A stretch of DNA of 64,000 nucleotides from Leucoraja ocellata (lineage: Eukaryota). Shown here one piece after another: positions 57,969 through 64,000 of the stretch. The first letter of the stretch is position 1; every line of letters starts with the position of its first letter. Where the stretch lies: positions 1 to 64,000 of the forward strand of contig JAWMAR010002088.1 in the NCBI GenBank assembly GCA_036785375.1, given 5' to 3'. Below the pieces are notes generated by a model, which was not told where the DNA came from, searched no databases, and saw nothing but the letters and a program-made list of their open reading frames with translations. The translations under genes were made by a program, and so were the position numbers.

Positions 57969-59998
57969 TAACCATATAACCATATAACAATTACAGCACG
58001 GAAACAGGCCATCTCGGCCCTACAAGTCCATGCCGAACAAATTTTTTTTCCCCTTAGTCCCACCTGCCTGCACTCGTACCATAACCCTCCATTCCCTTCT
58101 CATCCATATGCCTATCCAATTTATTTTTAAATGATACCAATGAACCTGCCTCCACCACTTCCACTGGGAGCTCATTCCACACCGCCACCACTCTCTGCGT
58201 AAAGAAGTTCCCCCTCATATTACCCCTAAACTTCTGTCCCTTAATTCTGAAGTCATGTCCTCTTGTTTGAATCTTCCCTATTCTCAAAGGGAAAAGCTTG
58301 TCCACATCAACTCTGTCTATCCCTCTCATCATTTTAAAGACCTCTATCAGGTCCCCCCTTAACCTTCTGCGCTCCAAAGAATAAAGCCCTAACTTGTTCA
58401 ACCTTTCTCTGTAACTTAGTTGCTGAAACCCAGGCAACATTCTAGTAAATCTCCTCTGTACTCTCTCTATTTTGTTGACATCCTTCCTATAATTTGACGA
58501 CCAAAATTGTACACCATACTCCAGATTTGGCCTCACCAATGCCTTGTACAATTTTAACATTACATCCCAGCTTCTATACTCAATGCTCTGATTTATAAAG
58601 GCTAGCATACCAAAAGCTTTCTTTACCACCCTATCTATATGAGATTCCACCTTCAAGGAACTATGCACGGTTATACCCAGATCCCTCTGTTCAACTGTAT
58701 TCTTCAATTCCCTACCATTTACCATGTACGTCCTATTTTGATTTGTCCTGCCAAGGTGTAGCACCTCACATTTATCAGCATTAAACTCCATCTGCCATCT
58801 TTCAGCCCATTTTTCCAAATGGCCTAAATCACTCTGTAGACTTTGGAAATCCTCTTCATTATCCACAACACCCCCTATCTTGGTATCATCTGCATACTTA
58901 CTAATCCAATTTACCACACCTTCATCCAGATCATTGATGTACATGACAAACAACAAAGGACCCAACACAGATCCCTGAGGCACCCCACTAGTCACCTGCC
59001 TCCAACCCGATAAACAGCCATCCACCATTACCCTCTGGCTTCTCCCATTCAGCCACTGTTGAATCCATCTTGCTATTCCTGCATTTATACCCAACAGTTG
59101 AACCTTCTTAACCAACCTTCCATGAGGAACCTTGTCAAAGGCCTTACTAAAGTCCATATAGACAACATCCACTGCTTTACCCTCGTCAATTTCCCTAGTA
59201 ACCTCTTCAAAAAATTCAAGAAGATTAGTCAAACATGACCTTCCAGGCACAAATCCATGTTGACTGTTCCTAATCAGACCCTGTTTATCTAGATGCTTAT
59301 ATATATTGTCTCTAATTATCTTTTCCATTAATTTGCCCACCACTGAAGTCAAACTAACAGGTCTATAATTGCTAGGTTTACTCTTAGAACCCTTTTTAAA
59401 CAATGGAACAACATGCGCAGTACGCCAATCCTCGGGGACTATTCCCGTTTCTAATGACATTTGAAATATTTCTGTCATAGCCCCGGCTATTTCTACACTA
59501 ACTTCCCTCAATGTCCTAGGGAATATCCTGTCAGGACCTGGAGACTTATCCACTTTTATATTTTTCAAAAGTGTCAGTACTTCTTTTACTTTGAACCTCA
59601 TAGTATCCATAGCTACTCTGCTAGTTTCCCTTACCTCACATAATTCAATATCTTTCTCCTTGGTGAATACCGAAGAAAAAAAATTGTTCAATATCTCCCC
59701 CATCTCTTTTGGCTCTGCAGATAGCTGTCCACTCTGTCTCTCCAATGGACCAATTTTATCCCTCCTTATCCTTTTGCTATTAATATAGCTGTAGAAACCC
59801 TTTGGATTGACTTTCACCTTACTTGCCAAAGCAACCTCATATCTTCTTTTAGCTTTTCTAATTTCTTTCTTAAGATTCTTTTTACATTCCTTATACTCCT
59901 CAAGCACCTCATTTACTTAATGCTGCCTATAATTATTGTAGATCTCCCTCTTTTTCCGAACAAGATGTCCAATTTCCTTGAAAACCAGGGCTCTTTCC
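57969..59998 (-). mobile_element. Young 5'-truncated CR1 family A copy
   Basis: Tail at 57969; uninterrupted RT ORF. Confidence 0.96.
58054..59907 (-). CDS. CR1 ORF2 RT and C-terminal region (617 aa open, no endonuclease)
   Basis: All RT motifs including YADDTK with no stops. Confidence 0.8.
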   Translation of the reverse strand: MLEEYKECKKNLKKEIRKAKRRYEVALASKVKVNPKGFYSYINSKRIRRDKIGPLERQSGQLSAEPKEMGEILNNFFSSVFTKEKDIELCEVRETSRVAMDTMRFKVKEVLTLLKNIKVDKSPGPDRIFPRTLREVSVEIAGAMTEIFQMSLETGIVPEDWRTAHVVPLFKKGSKSKPSNYRPVSLTSVVGKLMEKIIRDNIYKHLDKQGLIRNSQHGFVPGRSCLTNLLEFFEEVTREIDEGKAVDVVYMDFSKAFDKVPHGRLVKKVQLLGINAGIARWIQQWLNGRSQRVMVDGCLSGWRQVTSGVPQGSVLGPLLFVMYINDLDEGVVNWISKYADDTKIGGVVDNEEDFQSLQSDLGHLEKWAERWQMEFNADKCEVLHLGRTNQNRTYMVNGRELKNTVEQRDLGITVHSSLKVESHIDRVVKKAFGMLAFINQSIEYRSWDVMLKLYKALVRPNLEYGVQFWSSNYRKDVNKIERVQRRFTRMLPGFQQLSYRERLNKLGLYSLERRRLRGDLIEVFKMMRGIDRVDVDKLFPLRIGKIQTRGHDFRIKGQKFRGNMRGNFFTQRVVAVWNELPVEVVEAGSLVSFKNKLDRHMDEKGMEGYGTSAGRWD

Positions 59999-59999
59999 A

Positions 60000-60458
60000 A
60001 GCTAGCCGAAGCAATCCATGTCTATCCATCTGTTTCATGTAGCCAACACACCTTAGTCGAGGCATCATTCTTGTAATCCTCTGCACCCTTTCTAATGCCT
60101 GTACATCCTTTATGTAACGGGTCAACAAAAAATGCACACATTACACCATATGTGGACTACCCAAAGCCCTATGAACTGTGTTATGACTTCCTGACTCATT
60201 TGCTCTAGTAACCCAATTTTCAACCCCAAAATCTCTCTGTAGATTAATACTGTTAATGGTCTTGCCAATATCTGTATACTTTTCCTTTACATTCGACCAC
60301 TCAAAGTGTAACACCTCATACTTGCTCAAAATAAACTCAATTTGCAATTTTTGTGCCCATGTCTGTAGCTGATGTATTTCCCATTGTACACTATGGCAGC
60401 CTTCTTCACTGTTCGTAACTCCATCAATTTTGGTGGCGCTTGCAAACTTACTAACCAA
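60000..60458 (-). mobile_element. Old CR1 fragment
   Basis: SKFASATKI and YEVLHF remnants. Confidence 0.65.
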
Positions 60459-60547
60459 CCCGACTACTGGGTGGCACCAGCAATGGCTGCCTCACCAACA
60501 GTCTGTCTGTCCCTTCCTTCTTTGTGTTTTAATAGTATGTGTTAAAT

Positions 60548-60945
60548 CAACGGTCGGCAACCTACGGCCCACGGGCGGATCCAGCCTGTAAGCCGCAATC
60601 ATCCAGCCCGCAGGCGTAACACAAAGCGCACACAATACTTTTCCCAGAATAATTCACACACACACACACAGCCAATTCCATATCACAACACCAGTCGACA
60701 CTCTCTCGCTCCGACCCTACCCTCCCACCCCCTCTTCCATGCTCCCGACAACCTGGAGTGAAAGCCCCCCCCCCCAACTCGATGCTGCTGCATGTGTGTG
60801 AAACTGCAGCGGGCTGAGAGCAGCTTTGACGAGGGTGTGCTGGCCGGTTTCCACGGGAGCCCAGCGGAGGTAAAGGAAGCATCAGCGGGGCCAGTGAGGA
60901 ATTCCGCTCTGGCAACAGTTGTAGATTGTCGCGGGTGTAATTAGA
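60548..60945 (+). mobile_element. Possible hAT (Charlie-like) non-autonomous element end
   Basis: caacggtcggcaacctacggccc resembles CAGGGGTCGGCAACC-type TIRs. Confidence 0.4.
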
Positions 60946-60946
60946 G

Positions 60947-62890
60947 ACATAGAAACATAGAAAATAGGTGCAGGAGTAGGACATTCGGCCCTTCGAGCCT
61001 GCACCGCCATTCAATATGATCATGGCTGATCATCCAACTCGGTATCATGTACCTGCCTTCTCTCCATACCCCCTGATTCCTTTAGCCACAAGGGCCACAT
61101 CTAAGTCCCTCTTAAATATAGCCAATGAACTGGCCTCAATTACCTTCTGTGGCAGAGAATTCCACAGATTCACCACTCACTGTGAGAAAAAAGTTTTTTG
61201 CATCTTGGTCCTAAAAGATTTCCCCCTTATCCTTAAACTGTGACCCTTTGTTCTGGACTTCCCCAACATCGGGAACAATCTTCCTGCATCTAGCCTGTCC
61301 AACCCCTTAAAATTTTTGTAAGTTTCCATAAGATCCCCCCTCAATCTTCTAAATTCTAGTGAGTACAAGCCGAGTCTATCCAGTCTTCCTTCATATGAAA
61401 GTCCTGACATCCCAGGAATCAGTCTGGTGAACCTTCTCGGTACTCCCTCTATGGCAAGAATGTGTATGCAATACTCCAGGTGTGGTCTCACCAAGACCCT
61501 GTACAACTGCAGTAGAATCTCCCTGCTCCTTTACTCAAATCCTTTTGCTATGAATGCTAACATATCATTCGCTTTCTTCACTCCCTGCTGCACCTGCATC
61601 CCTACTTTCAATGACGGGTGTACCATGACACCCAGGTCTCGTTGCATCCCCCCTTTTCCTAATCGGCTACCATTCAGATAATAGTCTACTTTCCTGTTTT
61701 TGCCACCAAAACTGCATCTGCCATGCATTTGCCCACTCACCCAGCCTATCCAAGTCACCTTGCAGCCTCCTAGCAACCTCCTCACAGCTAACACTGCCCC
61801 CCAGCTTCATGTTATCCGCAAACTTGGAGATGTTGCATTAAATTCCCTCATCCAAATCATAAATATATATCATAAATAGCTGGGGTTCCAGCACTGAGCC
61901 TTGCGGTACCCCACTAGTCACTGCCTGCCATTGTGAAAAGGACCTGTTTACTCATACTCTTTGCTTCCTGTTTTCCAGCCAGTTCTCTATCCACATCAAT
62001 ACTGAACTCCCAATACCGTGTGCTTTAAGTTTGTATACTAATCTCTTATGTGGGACCTTGTCGAAAGCCTTCTGGAAGTCCAGATATAACACATCCACTG
62101 GTTCTCCATTATCCACTCTACTAGTTACATCCTCGAAACATTCTATAAGATTCGTCAGACATGATTTACCTTTCATAAATCCATGCTGACTTTGTCCAAT
62201 GATTTCACCACTTTCCAAATGTGCTGCTATCCCATCTTTAATAACTGACTCTAGCAGTTTCCCCACTACTGATGTTAGACTAACTGGCCTGTAATTCCCT
62301 GTTTTCTCTCCCTTTTTAAAAGTGGGGTTACATTAGCTACCCTCCAATCCTCAGAAACTACCCAGAGTTTTGAAATATTATCACTAATGCATCCACTATT
62401 TCTGGGGCTACTACCTTAAGTACTCTGGGATGCAGCCTATCTGGCCCTGTGGATTTATCGGCCTTTAATCCATTCAATTTACCTAACACCCCTTCCCGGC
62501 TAACCTGGATTTCACTCAGTTCCTCCATCTCATTTGACCCCAGGTCCCCTGCTATTTCCGGCAGTTTATTTATATCTTCCTTTTGAAGGCAGAACCAAAG
62601 TAGTTATTCAGTTGGTCTGCCATGTCCTTGTTCCCCATGATCAATTCACCTATTTCTGACTGCAAGGGACCTACATTTGTTTTAACTAATCTTTTTCTCT
62701 TAACATATCTATAAAAACTTTTGCAGTCAGTTTTTATGTTCCCTGCCAGTTTTCTTTCATAATCTATTTTCCCTTTCCTAATTAAGCCCTTTGTCCTCCT
62801 CTGCTGGACTGAATTTATCCCAGTCCTCTGGTAGGCTGCTTTTTCTGGCTAATTTGTACGCTTCATCTTTTGGTTTGATACTATCCCTGT
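60947..62890 (-). mobile_element. CR1 family B 2-kb fragment, paralogous to 46337-48350
   Basis: Same 5' breakpoint (gatactatccctg); carries additional small deletions. Confidence 0.93.
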
Positions 62891-63714
62891 ATTTTTGTTA
62901 CATTTTAGTTGCGATTTTTTAAAAACTATAATTAATTAATTATTAAATATGGTGATAGATGTGGCCCGCCATCCACTCACAGACATGGGTCCTGGCTCCT
63001 ATGCAGAACAAGGTTGCCGAGCCCGGTGTGAAATGTATGTTTTTAGTGTTCTTTAGCTTGTTTTATGTGGGGTGGGGATGAGGGGGCGGGGGGGGGGGGG
63101 GGGGGGGGGGGGGGAGGATGGGGTTGGGGGAATCGTTTTCTAATATCTTACCTCGATGGAGATGCGATTTTTTTCTGTATCGTATCTCGGTCCGCACTGC
63201 GGCCTAACATCCAGGAGTTGGCAGCCTTTGGTGGAGACCGTCTTTTGTGAGTTCTACTGTGGGTGCTTGTGAACTTAACATCACGGAGCTCACGATCCCT
63301 TTGCCAGGAGTCGACCTCGAGATCCAACCGTTGGTGCTTGCGGACTTAACATCACGGAGCTCGCAGTCTCTGGTCAGAGACCGACCTCGGGAGCTCCAAG
63401 CCGCAGGTGCTTCGACCACCCCGACATAGGTGCTTCAACTGCCCGCTGCTTCGATCACCCCGACGATGGTTCGACTGCCCGACCACGGGAGAATAAAATG
63501 AAAGAAGATTGGACTTTTTTGCCTTCCATCACAGTGAGGAATGTGGAATCTGCTGTGGTGGATGTTTATGTTAACTTTTATGTCATTGTGTGTTTTGTTG
63601 CTCGTCTTGGGCCAGGGGTGAGATCCAGTACAGGCAACGCCAACAACTTTAATGACACGGATAACAAAAAAACAAAATAAGAATGCAAGGAAACAACAAA
63701 AGATCCAATCAGAA

Positions 63715-63960
63715 CATAGACATAAAATGCTGGGGTAACTTGTCGGGACAGGCAGCATCTCTGAAGTGAAGGAATGGGTGACGTTTTGGGTCGAGACCCT
63801 TCTTCGGACTGATGTCAGGGGAATGGGAGGTCGATAGATAAGGAAGTGTATAGATAAGGGTGTGTAAGATGTGAAAACAGGACAAAGGGAATGGAGATCA
63901 AGGAAAAGGTAGCAACAAAGCAAACAGAGATAAAGAAGGGAAACTCTGAAAAGTTTGACA
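63715..63960 (-). mobile_element. Penelope-like repeat
   Basis: Reverse complement of 63780-63807 is ccgaagaagggtctcgacccaaaacgtc. Confidence 0.55.
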
Positions 63961-64000
63961 AGGGGGGGATCTGCTACATAGTGAGTAGCTGAGGTAAATA

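Noticed and set aside
58054-59907. 617-aa RT ORF as a domesticated gene
   Set aside because: Near-identical to other CR1-A copies and 5'-truncated; most simply a young insertion.

Overview
Repeat-dense eukaryotic genomic DNA, most likely a cartilaginous fish such as a skate or ray (inferred from the CR1-clade LINE, HE1-like SINE and Penelope-like repeats, a GPR139-like GPCR and the MHC gene). One apparently intact host gene is present: a five-exon MHC class I-like heavy chain on + (leader 31787-31838, alpha1 42611-42871, alpha2 45377-45652, alpha3 49480-49752, TM/cytoplasmic 53581-53786). All four introns are GT-AG phase 1, the protein is 355 aa, and most classical peptide-anchoring residues are lost, so it is non-classical. 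A GPR139/142-like GPCR pseudogene lies at 15.8-17.1 kb. The rest is mostly transposable elements: at least three CR1 families, SINEs, a Gypsy fragment with its 3' LTR, Penelope-like repeats carrying hammerhead-ribozyme cores, and hAT, Harbinger and Rex fragments. The most striking structure is a set of nested, head-to-tail non-autonomous Helitron arrays. One is a ~12 kb composite (18935-30886) inserted at an A|T inside an old CR1; these arrays carry captured CR1 3' ends and leave stacks of TCTA stubs at their 5' ends.
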